This document shows positions 1 to 12,384 of a DNA stretch of 64,000 bases, piece after piece (position 1 is the stretch's first letter; each line of letters begins with the position of its first letter). Origin of the DNA: Octopus vulgaris (taxonomy: Eukaryota); the NCBI GenBank assembly GCA_951406725.2, contig OX597818.1, forward strand, positions 2,852,001 through 2,916,000, in the 5' to 3' direction. A model generated the notes under the pieces. The model was not told the origin of the DNA and ran no database searches. It saw only the letters and a program-made list of their open reading frames with translations. The translations under genes and the position numbers were made by a program.

Positions 1-362
1 GACTGATCATACATGTTTCTCTCTCTATCTAACTATTTTATCTGATTTCTATCTATTTTGTCTGATTTGTTCATTTTCTCCTCTCGTTATATGATCGACC
101 TTCGTGTATCGCGGTGACCCGCCCTGCCCACCCCCACCACCAATACCGGATATTTCTATTTTTCTCCATCTATACCGGATGTCGCTTCTCCCACCACCAT
201 TATAGGTGTCTTCTCTTCGAACCCCCCTCTTCAATACGCTATTTTACCATGCATTACCCCTCTCTTGATATCCTACCTTCTACTTGCCTACAACCTGTCA
301 TCATTTCTCTGAACCACCCCTCCCCACTGGTGCTCCCCTATATTCCTGCACCCCCACCCACA

Positions 363-611
363 TAAAAAGCACCATCCGAACGTGGCCGATGCCAGACCCC
401 TCTGGCACCTGTGCAGGTGGCACGTAAAAAGCACCCACTACACTCGCGGAGTGGTTGGCGTTAGGAAGGACATCCAGCTGTAGAAACACTGCCAGACCAG
501 ACTGGAGCCTGGGGCAGTCCCTAGCTCCCCAGACCCCGGTCGAAACCGTCCAACCCGTGCTAGCGCGGAAAACGGACGTTAAACGATGATGATGATGATG
601 ATGATGATGAT
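363..611 (+). mobile_element. RTE-clade LINE 3' end fragment
   Basis: GGCACGTAAAAAGCACC...GGAGTGGTTGGCGTTAGGAAGG...GGACGTTAAAC followed by a (GAT)n tail; same 3' end as the RT-bearing copies at 638-2800 and 53292-56940. Confidence 0.85.
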
Positions 612-637
612 ATAAGAAAAATGGGATATATATATAT

Positions 638-2800
638 CATCATCATCATCATCATCATCGTTTAACGTTCGCTTTCCATGCTAGCATGGGTTGGACGATT
701 TTGACTGAGGGCTGGCGAACCAGATGGTTGCACCATCTCCAATCTTGATTTGGCCGAGTTTCTACAGCTGGATGCCCTTCCTAACGCCAACCACTCCGAG
801 AGTGTAGTGGGTGCTTTTTACGTGCCACTGGCACGGGGGCCAGTCAGGCGTTACTGTTGTCCTTCAGTATCGCTCGAATCCTTTTACACATGCCACCAGC
901 ACAGGTGCCAGTAAGGCAACTTTGGTAACGATCACGCTCAAATGGTGCCCTTTTACGTGTCACTGGCACAGAAGCCAGTTGGCTGCTCTGGCAACGATCA
1001 CACTGGGATGGTGCTCTTGGCACCCTACTAGCACGGGCACAAGTGCCAGTAAGGCGCCGCTGGTAACGATCACACTCGAATGGTGCCCTTTAAATGCCAC
1101 TGGCACAGAAGCTGGTTAGCCGCTCTGTCAATGATCATGCTCGTATGGTGCCCTTTAAATGCCACTGGCACAGAAGCTGGTTAGCCGCTCTGTCAATGAT
1201 CATGCTCGTATGGTGCCCTTTAAATGCCACTGGCACAGAAGCTGGTTAGCCGCTCTGTCAATGATCACACACGTATGGTGCTTTTTGCACCCTGCCAGCA
1301 CGGACGCCAGTCATCGAATTTGATTTTGATTTTGCTTTTGATTGATTTGATTTGATTTCACTTGCCTCGGCAGGTCTTCGCAAGCAGAGTTTTAGTGACC
1401 AAAGAAGGAAAAGGTTATGTACAAGTGGGCTGGTTATGCCCCTGGCATAGGCCAAGAGATTATGGTTTCATTTGGCTTGCCGGGTCTTCTCATGTACGGC
1501 ATATTTCCAAAGGTCTCGGTCACTAGTAATTTCCTTGGTGAGGCCTAAAGTTTGAAGGTCGTGCTTCACCACTTCATCCCAGGTCTTCCTAGGTCTACCT
1601 CTTCCACAGGCTCCTTCAACCACTAGGGTGTGGCACTTTTTCACATAGCTATCCTCATCCATTCTTGCCACATGACCATACTAGTGCAGTCGTCTCTCTT
1701 GCACACCACATCTGATGCTTCTTAGGTTCAACTTTTCTCTCAAGGTACTTACACTCTGTCAAGTATGCACACTGACATTACACATTCATCGGATCATACT
1801 GGCTACATTCCTTATGAGCTTATGCATGTCTTCAGCAGTCACAGCCCATGTTTCACTGCCATGTAGCATGGCTGTTCATACACAAGCATCATACAGTCTA
1901 CCTTTTACTCTGAGCGAGAGGCCCTTTGTTGCCAGCAGAGGCTAGAGCTCTCTGAACTTTGCCCAAGCTATTCTTATTCTAGCAGCTACACTTTCAGTGC
2001 ACCCTCCTCCAGTACTGACTTGGTCCCCTAGGTAATGGAAGCTATCGACTACTTCTAGTTTTTCTCCCTGGAATGAGGTGGAAGCTGGTCTCTGCGCATT
2101 TTCAGTGTTTATTGCTCCTGAGCATCTGCCACATACAAAAACTATCTTCCCAGTTAGCCTCCCATTGATATTACTGCACCTCTTATGTGTCCATAGCTTA
2201 CACTGGGTACATCTTATAGAGGTTCTACCTATGCCTCTAATACAGATTGAGCAGGGCCATCTACCTGAAGGGATTTGTGGTTTGCCTGCCTTCCTACATA
2301 TTAGGACTTTGGTTTTAGCTAGGTTGATTCTAAGGCCCTTCGATTCTAATCCTTGTCTCCACACTTGAAACTTTGCCTCTAGTTCTGATAGTGACTCAGC
2401 AATTAGAGCAAGGTCATCAGCATATAGGAGCTCCCAAGGGCTTCCTGTCTTGAATTCCTCCGTTATTGTCTGGAGGACTATGATAAATAGGAGGGGGCTG
2501 AGGACTGAACCTTGGTGGACCCCTATGTCTACCCTGAATTCTTCAGTGTACTCGTTGCCAACCCTCACCTTACAGCATCCCTGTACATGGCTTGCACAGC
2601 TCTCACTAACCATTCATCTATCACTAGTTTCCTTATTGACCACCAGATAAGGGATCAGGGGACCCTATCAAAGGCTTTCTCCATGTCAACGAAAGCCAGG
2701 TACAGGGGCTTATCTTTGGCTAGGTATTTCTCCTGCAGCTGTCTTACCAGAAATATGGCATCATTGGTGCTTTTCCCTGGCACGAAACCAAACTGCATCT
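638..2800 (-). mobile_element. 5'-truncated RTE-clade LINE (RT domain, C-terminus, 3' UTR)
   Basis: ORF 1942-2613 has GVHQGSVLSPLLF and LLYADD; ORF 1468-1671 has the RTE C-terminal GRGRPRKTW; (CAT)n on + is the (GAT)n tail on -; frameshifted; stops at a (CT)n(TA)n tract. Confidence 0.92.
810..1290 (-). repeat. Tandem ~60-70 bp array in the RTE 3' UTR, including three near-identical 65-bp units (1081-1275)
   Basis: TGGTGCCCTTTAAATGCCACTGGCACAGAAGC... recurs at 1081, 1146 and 1211; more diverged units lie at 810-1080. Confidence 0.9.
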
Positions 2801-3021
2801 CTCTCTCTCTATATATATATATATAGAAATAATGAATTTCTAAATCTCTCAGAGAGATTTGTGTAGTAGTGATACGATAAAGTAGTTGTATACTGTCAAC
2901 TTAATGTGACAGTCCCATGAATGGAATCACACCACTGCTATTTAACCCTAGGAAGCAACAACACTTCCTATGGGCCTTGACACATTTCCTGTGTCCTTAT
3001 GTTTACCACATCTGATTTTAT

Positions 3022-4927
3022 TGGGGGGGGGGGCCTACCCAAATTCTCCAACCTTGGCACTAATGGCTCGAGAGTCAGCATATACAGAAGTGAAGACAGG
3101 GGGCATCCCTGATGAACTGAACTTTTGATCTCGAACAGTTCCGACAGGTAGCCATTCAATTGAACTGTGGATTTGATGCCACCTTACATGGCCTTGATCA
3201 AACCATGGAAATCTGGGCCTAGCCCAGCCGCCTCAAGAACTGCCTCCAGGTACCGATGGTCAACCCTATCGTAAGCCTTACTTTGGTCTAAATGGACCAG
3301 AGCCCCACCTTTACCAGATACTTTACCCACCCTGTCTAAGGTGTAGCATAAGAGATGAAGATTGTCCTGGATTGACCTGCCAGGAATGGCACATGTTTGC
3401 GCCTTCCCTATAAGTTTCTCCGTGATACGTGTCAACCTTTTTGCTAATACCTTGGCCAAAGTCTTTAACTCTACGTTCAGTAGAGTTATGGGCCTGAAGT
3501 TACTAATATGATCCCCCTTGCTCGGGTCTTTTCTGACTAGCATCACCACTACCCAACTCACAGAGCTGGAAATTCTTCCATTCTGTTGCCAGTTCATGTA
3601 TACGCAAGCCAGCAAGTGTCTGAGCAAGTCCAGAATACTACTGTAAAACTCAGTGCAGGCCATCCAGCTCTGGCAACTTGTCCTGAGTGAATTTGCCCAG
3701 CATCTCCTTGACCTCCACAGCTGTAATTGACCCTTCACAACACCTTGCATCTCACGCTGCGAGTCGCAGCCTGTCGGCCAGGAATTCCCTTAAGGGCTCC
3801 CCATGGTCCAATGCCTCACTCGTCCCAAACAGCTGGGCAAAATGTTGGTGAAAATCCTTCTGCATCTCCTGTCCTTTGATCGTACACCCCTGTTCGTCAA
3901 TTAAAGACTGTACAGAGGCTTCTCTGCCTCTCCAACTCCCCACATGATGGGCCTATCCGGCAATGTTAATACCTCCTCTAGCCCTGACTCAACACCCTTC
4001 GTATTTGGCTTGGAGGTGACGGTGTAATACCATTTTCGCTGCCAATACTTTGGATGCAGAGCCGGATTCCATGGCCTCCTTTAATTCTTTAATTAGCTGC
4101 CTTTCTATTCTAATCTTCTCTAAACTTAGCTCTCTACAAAATCTAAGAGACTCTGAATGAATGGCTCGCTTGAAGGTGCACCACCATCTATTATTCACGA
4201 TGGCTCCGTATAATTCCCTCTGAACTAACTCCTTAAATTAGGTACGGAAGACTTTACTATTCAAAATAGACTTGTTCATCTTCCAGTACCCTGGTTGCTG
4301 TCTATGGCACTTAGCTAGGTGTACCTCACACGTCAGTAATTTGTGATCCATGTAGGAGGTAAAGTAAAAGTGTGGACAACTAACTATGTGTTTATCTCTA
4401 TCTCTTATGATTATCCTATCTAAGTAATACCTGTATGAACCATCGTTATTAGACCACATCCACTGTGGAACAAGCGGTTCATCCAGTCTGTATCGATCTA
4501 CTAGGTTATAGCTTGCTAGTATTCTTTTTAGGCCAGGACTTCCCATCCTATTGATCGACCCCACACTATCCACTCACGCATCGAGAATAGTGTTGAAGTC
4601 TCCTGTTAAAACTAAAGTTTGTGATGTTACTCCAAAAAAAACCCTGAAGGATGCTTACTTGCATGCGACCAGACTACTTTCTGGGTCCAGAAAGACTGTA
4701 CTTATTTGTATGTCCAAGCTTTTCTTGACCAGCACCACCATGCCTCCGCTTCCTCTCTGATTAGGAGAAATAAATTTCTCGTAGTCCTTTAGAAGAGGCG
4801 AGAACACCTGTGGCCTATTCACCACACATATATCTAAATTTTGTGTCCTGAGATCGTTTAGGAGGCCTGTTTGCTTCCATTTTGAACCCAGGCCACGTAC
4901 ATTTACAGATCCTAACTTAATTTCCAT
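3022..4927 (-). pseudogene. L1/Tx1-clade LINE ORF2 (APE endonuclease plus N-terminal RT), degenerate
   Basis: MEIKLGSVNVRGL (APE start), YLDRI, PGYWKMN, NFRPITLLNVELK, HLDQSKAYDRVDH and VHQGCPLS spread over several frameshifted ORFs. Confidence 0.9.
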
Positions 4928-5435
4928 GGTAAAAGTTGAATTTACTTACTTTTTAAACTTAGGGAGGGGGCTGTATGACATTTGCCGTCCCCTCCTTCTG
5001 TTTCTCCCTTTTCTGGTGTAGTCACTAGTGCCAGCACAATTTTTTCTTTCACTATGTACTGGCTTAATCAAAAATATCTTCTGGATATCGCTGTTTGAAC
5101 TGTTCAAAGTGTTCAGTATTCACTCTAGTCAGCCACAAATGTGACGTATATTTTTTCTATTAATTCATGTAACACCACGTTTTTTGTGTTATACGAGACT
5201 GTTTTTTCTCCTTGTGTCTGTTTTGGGGGAGTGTTTTTTGGTTTGGGGTCAGATGGAGTCATTTTTTTTTTGTGTGCTCTGCAATGTTTTTTCTTGTTAA
5301 GGGTGGGGAGTCTGTGGTGAGGTTTTGTTTTCTTTTGTGTGATATGACGTTAAAATCCTTATCTTGTTCTTTTTCCTTATTTTCTTTATTTTGTGTTGTC
5401 TCTACTTTTTCTGTTTCCTTGTTGTTCTTCTTCTG

Positions 5436-6152
5436 TTAGTTTTTCTCCTGTTGATCTTTTTCCTGTTGGGGAGGAACTTCAGTGCTCTTTTGTGCCGTTT
5501 TTTTTATCTTTTCACACTCGGAGCGGACGTGACCCTTTTCTCCACATTTAAAGCATCTGGGTTGATGCCCCTCCACCGACACTCTTGCGCTAATTCCTTC
5601 CCCTATGAATATTCTGTTGGGTCTAGCTTCAAGTGCTTCATTTGAAGCTTGGACTAATAATTCCAGTGTCTGACCATTCCAATTTATTGCTCCTCTCTTC
5701 TTCATACTTAAAATATTTATCTGTTCCTCTGCGTCGTAAATTACTACAGCCATTATGCTATTGATGTTGTACCTGGCCGGAATCTTCTCAATTACAATTT
5801 TTGCGGTTCTACGGCCTAGGTATGTTGGTAGTAATATTATTTCTTCTATTTTTAACATTTGTGAAGAAACTTCTTTGGCAATGGCGGCGTTCTCAAGCTG
5901 CACTTCCACCGTCGCAATTCTGGGACCGTGTCCAACATATTTTATCTTTCCCCATATGGGAGCAAAGCATTTTTCAACAATGTCATTTTTCATCGACATT
6001 ATACGTTTTTCTTTTCTGTTGTATATTTTATATACAACTGTTTTTTCCGCTATACTTTGTAGTACATCCTTTGGTGGTACCAGTTTTGTTTCATTGCCTG
6101 ATTTTTTCACCATATTTCTATATTTAAATAACTGCTCCTTTGAAACTTCCAT
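5436..6152 (-). CDS. L1/Tx1 ORF1 (gag-like, CCHC zinc knuckle)
   Basis: 238-aa ORF with CFKCGEKGHVRSEC, upstream of ORF2 in the same orientation; the Lys-rich C-terminus probably continued past a premature stop. Confidence 0.85.
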   Translation of the reverse strand: MEVSKEQLFKYRNMVKKSGNETKLVPPKDVLQSIAEKTVVYKIYNRKEKRIMSMKNDIVEKCFAPIWGKIKYVGHGPRIATVEVQLENAAIAKEVSSQMLKIEEIILLPTYLGRRTAKIVIEKIPARYNINSIMAVVIYDAEEQINILSMKKRGAINWNGQTLELLVQASNEALEARPNRIFIGEGISARVSVEGHQPRCFKCGEKGHVRSECEKIKKTAQKSTEVPPQQEKDQQEKN

Positions 6153-6733
6153 TTCGCAGATGCGGTTGACATCACCATCACCGTATCCAAGATGACTCAG
6201 CTACCTCACATAGTGGAGGCAATCTGAAGATACGAGGCGATGGCAGGAACAAAAGTTAACAAGGATAAGTCTGTTGGTTTGTGGCTCGGCACCTGGAACA
6301 GCAAGCTGATAACGTCCAATGTCGTAGGGCACTGGACAGATGGTCCTGTTAAGTTGCTTGGAGTTTGGTTTGGTCCGGACAGTCAGACGAAGAAAAATTG
6401 GAGTGAGGTGATGGACAGGGTAAGAGGCGCTAACCTGGACCTGGTCCGAAAGAGCGCTGCCTCTGAAAGGGAGGTGGAGGTGGTGCAAGACGTTTATTGT
6501 GTCTGTTATCACCTACCGTCTGACCGTTGTCCCCTGCCCTGATTCCTGGCTATGGAAGCTGGTGTGAATTCTCTTCCGCTTTTTGTGGAGGGGAAAACCG
6601 CTTGTGAGGTGCTTCATGTACTGTCAAGAACCACTAAAGGGTGGCTTAGGGATGCCGTGGTTATTGTTGTGCAAACATGCACTGAGACTAAAGCACCTCT
6701 GGCTTTACCTGGATGGTGGTCAGGTGTGGAATT
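6153..6733 (+). pseudogene. 3' part of the same L1/Tx1 ORF2 (from YADD onward), in opposite orientation
   Basis: gca gat gcg gtt gac atc acc reads A-D-A-V-D-I-T (decayed AYADDIT), in frame with ...KVNKDKSVGLWLG...KLLGVWFG; GGLGMP follows. Confidence 0.8.
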
Positions 6734-8370
6734 CAGGAGTGAAATTTAGGATTTCTCGGTTTTCTGTAAATTAACTTTGCTAAAACTTTTCCCATGCTGG
6801 TTTGCATACTATGGCAACACCATTGTTATGTTTTCATTATTCTCAGAACATAGTGGCAAACGAAATACAGCTTAACATTTAGCACAACGGGCAAAATGCC
6901 TAGCGGTATTTCGTGAGCAATTATGTTCTGATTTCAAATCCTGCCGAGGTCAACTTTGCTTTCGTCCTTTCGAGGTCAATTAAATAAGTACCAGTTACAC
7001 AGTGGGGTTGATCTAATCAACTTAATCCCTTCCCCCAAATTTGAGGCCTTGTATTTCCAGTAGAAAGAATTATTCTGTGTAATGTCCTTTCTTTTTCATT
7101 CAGATTCTTCAGTTTTTGGGTGAACCATACTAACAGCATCTCTCCTCTCTAAGAACAATGAGATGTGGAATAGACCTGAACGATAAAGAAAAGCCTGTCA
7201 TTAACAAGGTAAGTGCTAAAGGTATCTCTCTTCATGTCATTGCAGAGAAGTTAGGTCATCATGTGGACACGGTTAGACAATTCCTGAAGGAATCTTTGCC
7301 AAGGAAGAAACTATCTGGTTGAGGAACTTCCAGGATTGTGACAGCTAGGGATTTAAGGAATATTGGCTGCAAGTTATATAGGAAACATGGACAAACAAGC
7401 AAAGCCATTTTCACTGCCTCGGGACTTCCTCATATACCTAAAACCACCAGAAATCGCATCCTCAAGACCATAGCTTCCATGCAAGAACCCCTAAAACTGC
7501 CTCCTTTAATGTCCCATTACAGGATTTTGAGGCTTCAATGGGCCCAAAAGTACATGACGTTAGACATAAGTTGTGTTCTGTTCACTGACAAAACCAGGGT
7601 GATCCTTGTTGAATTGGACAGCTGGGCAAATGTTTGGGTCTATTTTAGAGACGAGTGTCACCAACAGAGTGGAGGAGACATGTTGTGGACTGGTATCATT
7701 GGGGACAGACTTGTTGGCCCAGTCAGGGTGCCTGAAGGGGTTAAAGTGGCTGCAACTGCCTATTGCAATCCCTGGTTAGATGACATACCACTGTTACATC
7801 TAAGGAATCTTGTATTTATGCATGACAACACTCCCTTCCACTCTGCTAGGACCACCCAAACATTACTAGGGTCTTATGGCATATAAGGTGAAAGGTTGAT
7901 GGTGTGGCTGCCAACATCGCAGGATTTCAGCCCTTATACTGATGGACACCAATTTACATTGAAGCTGTTGCTCGACCATCAAAGCTGCAGCAGAAGCAGT
8001 CCAGCCTGCTACTATTAAGAAATTGGAAGTTATCTGTCGAAATGGTGCTCCTGTGGCTAAATAATTCATTATGTCAATAAATGTTATAATATCATTATGG
8101 TTCTCTGTTAAATATATACTCAATGTATGCTTAATATGTATCCTTATCCTTCATCTTCTGAAAAAAAATGTCTCGATGGGCTATTTTCATTCAAAAGCTA
8201 TTAGTGTGTTTTAACCAAAAACTAAAGAATCTGAAATAGAAAAGAAAGGACGTTACACAGAATAATGAAAACATAACAATGGTGTTGCCATAGTGTCCAA
8301 ACCAGCTGGGAAGTTTTATCAAAATCGATTCACAGAAAACCAAGAAATCCTAAATTTCTCTCCTAATCTA
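6734..8370 (+). mobile_element. Tc1-like DNA transposon with long (~170 bp) TIRs and a decayed transposase
   Basis: Left TIR 6734-6843 plus 7071-7135 is the reverse complement of ~8197-8365; ORF 7338-7886 has LFTD(K), WTGI and FMHDNTPFH motifs. Confidence 0.88.
6844..7070 (+). mobile_element. tRNA-derived SINE with Nin/Deu-like core, inserted in the Tc1 left TIR
   Basis: TTCAAATCC B-box-like motif, core GCCGAGGTCAACTTTGCTTTCGTCCTTTCGAGGTC...AAGTACCAG, flanking ATTATTCT duplication; related copy at ~60935-61120. Confidence 0.75.
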
Positions 8371-8412
8371 TTAGCGTGGTTCTGTGAGTGTGTGTGTGTG
8401 TGTATATATATG

Positions 8413-8454
<42 letters not shown>

Positions 8455-8516
8455 CACACATACGCAAACACACACATACACACATATATATACATATATA
8501 TATACATATATATATA

Positions 8517-8705
8517 TAAGGAGAATTCACAAAAAAACAAAAGATGAAGACAGGTGGTGTAGACAACAAACAGATGTATTAGTATAATGCTTGGGAAGTG
8601 AAAAAGTCTTTAACGTTTCGAGCCTATGCTCTTCTATAGAAAGGAACACAGAAAAAAACAAGGGGAGAAAATAAAGAATGTGTAGTGGCTAGCGATCTAT
8701 CATGG

Positions 8706-8708
<3 letters not shown>
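8517..8708 (-). mobile_element. Solo Penelope-like terminal repeat (pLTR) between TA microsatellites
   Basis: Matches the termini of the PLEs at 10628-10815 and 57660-57855; contains a hammerhead-like motif at 8608-8643. Confidence 0.75.
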
Positions 8709-8766
<58 letters not shown>

Positions 8767-8989
8767 TGAAGTGTATTCCACTAAGAATGTATTAGAGTAC
8801 AAAATAGAGCTCATTCACCCTTAGAATTTGCAGATACCTGGTAGTATTATTCTTTCATTTATATATATATATGCTGGGTCATAGTGCTAGTGCATGTATA
8901 TATGTGTATATATATATATATACATATTACATGTACATCTATATATATACATCTACACATAAAATACAAAATACAAAGTTATATCTTGA

Positions 8990-9500
8990 TATCGCTAGTG
9001 ATAACAATACTCAAAATATATAACAGACTGAAATTGTAGGCCCGTCTCTTGCAATTTCGATCAATTGTATCTTGTCCTCCCTCTTATATAGAAGTGTGAC
9101 TACAATCCAGCCTACCTCTACTTCTAGGGGTACATTTTAAATTTTTATCTGGGACATCCTACGTCCCAGATGTAAAGATAAAAATAAAATATTTCCACTT
9201 TGCACGCTCTGTTGACTCGAACCTTGCTTCTATTGTGGCGAATTTACCGCCTCTGGTTAGATATCATTCACAGTCACGCCAAGACACTTTTTGATGGTGC
9301 TTTCCTCCAGGTGTTCAAATCTTTTTTTTTTCTCTACATGGTATACTTTATAGACAATAGTCTTTTCTTTAATTTAATTTTTTATTTTGTTTGGTGGTGT
9401 TATCCTAGATTCACCGTCTTTGTTGGTGATCAATCCGAAATAGGTTTGTATTTCTTCCATTTTAATTTTAATGAGATCGGCTGCAGCGAAATTCATTTTT
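8990..9500 (-). pseudogene. Relic of a second, diverged L1/Tx1 ORF1
   Basis: Manual translation gives EKTIVYKVY, YLTRGGKFATIEARFE and LHLGRRMSQIKI*NVP, colinear with KTVVYKIY, YVGHGPRIATVEVQLE and TYLGRRTAKIVIEKIP of ORF 5436-6152. Confidence 0.7.
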
Positions 9501-10199
9501 GGACTTTCTTCTATCAAAGGCATTCTAACAAGAATGCTTCTGTGTAAACAGTGAAAATATCGTCAATTTCCCCAAACAGGGACACAATTCAATTTTTAAA
9601 CAATAACCAAAGCTCCTTCTCCCAAAGGGTTACAGTTTACAATTATTTAACAAATGCAACACAACAACGTTTCCCTTACGAGGAACCAACAAACGTGATA
9701 ACAATAGTTAAACAGTAATAATAATAACAACAAACCTTAAGGTGAATAAAAAAGCAGTACGTAATTGAAGCTATAGTCCTTTATGTATACGAAATAAACC
9801 AACAGCAGTACTCAATAGAAGCGGCTGTTCGAGAAAACAGACATTACATACAGCCAAACTTCATATAGATACTTAATGCTAGCTAATTAGCAGATAATCT
9901 AATGTAAAAGCCATGGTAAAGGGTATGTGCACAGCTCCATCTGGACTATTCTATTTCTGCGCATTAATTTTATTTTTAATTTATTCCCATTCATGTGAAA
10001 CCACTTATTCAAGTTCAAGTCATTGATGCAATTTTATACCAATTGCTATTTTTACTTTTAATTATGTTACGATTTAATTATCATATACTTTAGTTTGATT
10101 TTAATTATTACTTACTACATATAATTCAATTGTTATTATAATCTCTAATTTTTATTGTTAAAGTGAAAGTATCTGACATAAAATAGAGAAATGTTTTTG

Positions 10200-10420
10200 T
10201 TTCACTTTTAACACATAATACTGAAATAGTGGAGAAGATATGATATTGCTATGGGCTCGCCCTAGGTAAGAAGTTGAACATTTTTTTTGCCCATGAAACT
10301 ACATGGACCCTAAGTAAGGCATGTGTAAAATTTGAATGAAATTGGTTGTGTAGTTCTCAAGTTTTAGGGAAACACACAGACAGACAGACACACATTCTCA
10401 GTTTTATATATATAGAGATA
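10200..10420 (-). mobile_element. Non-autonomous Helitron-like 5' fragment
   Basis: Minus strand starts TCTCTATATATATAAAACTGAGAATGTGTGTCTGTCTG, resembling the Helitron 5' ends at 61225 and 62417. Confidence 0.45.
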
Positions 10421-10427
10421 TATATAC

Positions 10428-10616
10428 TGTGCCGGTGGCATGTAAAAAAGCACCCACTACACTCACAGGGTGGTTGGTGTTAGGAAGGGCATCCAGCTGT
10501 AGAAACACTGCCAGATCAGACTGGAGCCTGGTGCAGCCTCCTGGCTTCCCAGTCCCCGGTTGAACCGTCCAACCCATGCTAGCATGGAAAACGGACGTTA
10601 AATGATGATGATGATG
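10428..10616 (+). mobile_element. RTE 3' end fragment
   Basis: Same 3' UTR motif and (GAT)n tail as 363-611. Confidence 0.85.
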
Positions 10617-10627
10617 TATATATATAG

Positions 10628-12383
10628 TTGAAATTTACAGGAAAACAAAAGCTGAAGACAGGTGTATGAACAACAAGCAGGTGTATTAATTTGATGCTCA
10701 GGAAGGTGAAAATGTCTTTTATGTTTTAAGCTTATGCTCTTCAACAGAAAGGAATAGGAGAAAATAAACAGAGAGAAAATAGAAATACTTGTGGATTTAG
10801 CAGTCAAGCATGGTAGATAAAGTACTGGTGATCCCAGAATGAAGGTACACGTGTGTGTGTGTATGTGAGAATGTGTGTGTGGATAGGGGCTAGTGACTTT
10901 GATGTATGTGGATGTGTGCATAAGTGTGTAGGTGTAACATGTGAGTGTGCGGATCATAATGTGTGTTGTGGGTACTGGGAAGTGGTCAGTGCTAGTGTGT
11001 GTGGAGTGGTATGGGGTGTGCGGATGTGGGAGTAAGGGAGTAGGTGTAGGTGTGGGATGCGTGGGGTGGTGGTGGTATCAACGAAGAGAGAAGCTGGGTA
11101 GGAGTGAAGGGAGGAAGTAGGTGTCAGATGAAGTGAGAAGAGGAGGGGAGTTGGACCCATGTAGCACAAAGGAGCAAAGAGAGAAGATTAATTCCTGTTT
11201 ATAGCGAAGGCGGGAGTCCAGATGGCCCTTGTGTAAAGACAATCCAAACACAGACAAGTGTTGTAATGAATGACTGGTAGAGCAGAAATGGCATGAGACT
11301 GGGGTGTCATTGCCAAGTTTGATGTCTTGGAGGTGCTCCGCAAACCGGTCAGCCAAGCAGCATCCAGTTTGACTGATGTACAGAGAAGGGCAGAAAGTGC
11401 AGGAGATGCAGTAAATGATGTTGCTAGAAGTGAAGGTAAAGGAGTTGGTGATATGATAGGGATGATGATGGGTGCCTGTGTGTATAGTGGTGTTGGAGAG
11501 AGAGGGACAAGTGCGGTAGTGTAGGCAGAAGCAGGAAAACAAGCCATGCTGGTAGGTGGGGATTAGGGAAGAAACTGTTATGTAGATTGTGGGCTCGTTT
11601 GAGGAGGGAAAGGGTAGGTTGGGGAAGATGTGTGAGGTGAAGGGGCCAGATTGGAGTTGCTGGAAGGCTCAGAGAATGGTATAATTGGAGGGGCAGGGTA
11701 GATAGGTGATAGGTGGGGATAAACAGGAGATGGGCAATTGTAGGACAGGTGAGGGGAGAGAGAGACCAGAGGGACGGTTTACAGAATGTGCCCTGGCAAG
11801 GGCTGTGTGAATAATGGTGAAGGAATATCCATGGAGGATGAAGTGGAGAGCCATGAGTTGATATTGAGTCTCAGTCATGATTGTTACTGCAGAGCCTGTG
11901 CAGATGGAGGAAGTTGGGAGTAGGAGATGGAGAGCTTGGTGTTTTAGGGTGGGAATAGTTAAGGTAGGAGTGTGAGTCAGATGGAGGTGATGAGAGTGAA
12001 GTGATGTATGTTGAAAGAAATGCCAAGAAATGCAATGGAAATGTTGGAAATAGAGCAGAAGAATTTGAGGGCAGGATAGAAGGATTGGACAAAAGAGAGG
12101 AAGGGGTCTAGTTGTTTGCAGGAGAATGAGGTCGCACCAATACAGTCATCAAGATAATGACCATATAGTTCGGAAGTGAGACCAGTGAATTGTGAGAATA
12201 TTTGGGCCTCAACGTAGCCAATGAACAGGTTCACATAGTTGGGGCCCATTCTCATTCCCATGGCCATTCCTGAGACCTGTTGGTAAAAATACCTCATGAA
12301 CAAGAAGCAGCTGAGGGAGAGAGAACAAGTTTGGCCAGATGAAGAAGTTTTGAGGTGTCAGGTTGGGAGTTGGGTTGAAACAA
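10628..12383 (-). mobile_element. Penelope-like element (RT C-terminus, GIY-YIG endonuclease, pLTR), degenerate
   Basis: YQQVSGMAMGMRMGPNYVNLF and YGHYLDDCIG (RT); NIIYCISC...LYISQTG...RFAEH (GIY-YIG); same family as 57660-60850. Confidence 0.9.
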
Positions 12384-12384
12384 T

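Noticed and set aside
363-830. Apparent large inverted repeat
   Set aside because: Two independent RTE 3' ends inserted tail-to-tail
810-1290. Repeat-spacer pattern resembling a CRISPR array
   Set aside because: The spacers are homologous to each other, the array lies in a LINE 3' UTR, there are no cas genes and the context is eukaryotic
8293-8587. ORFs rich in YIYI/CVCV/HTHT (also at 14338-15263, 50310-50626, 61733-61978)
   Set aside because: Translations of dinucleotide microsatellites
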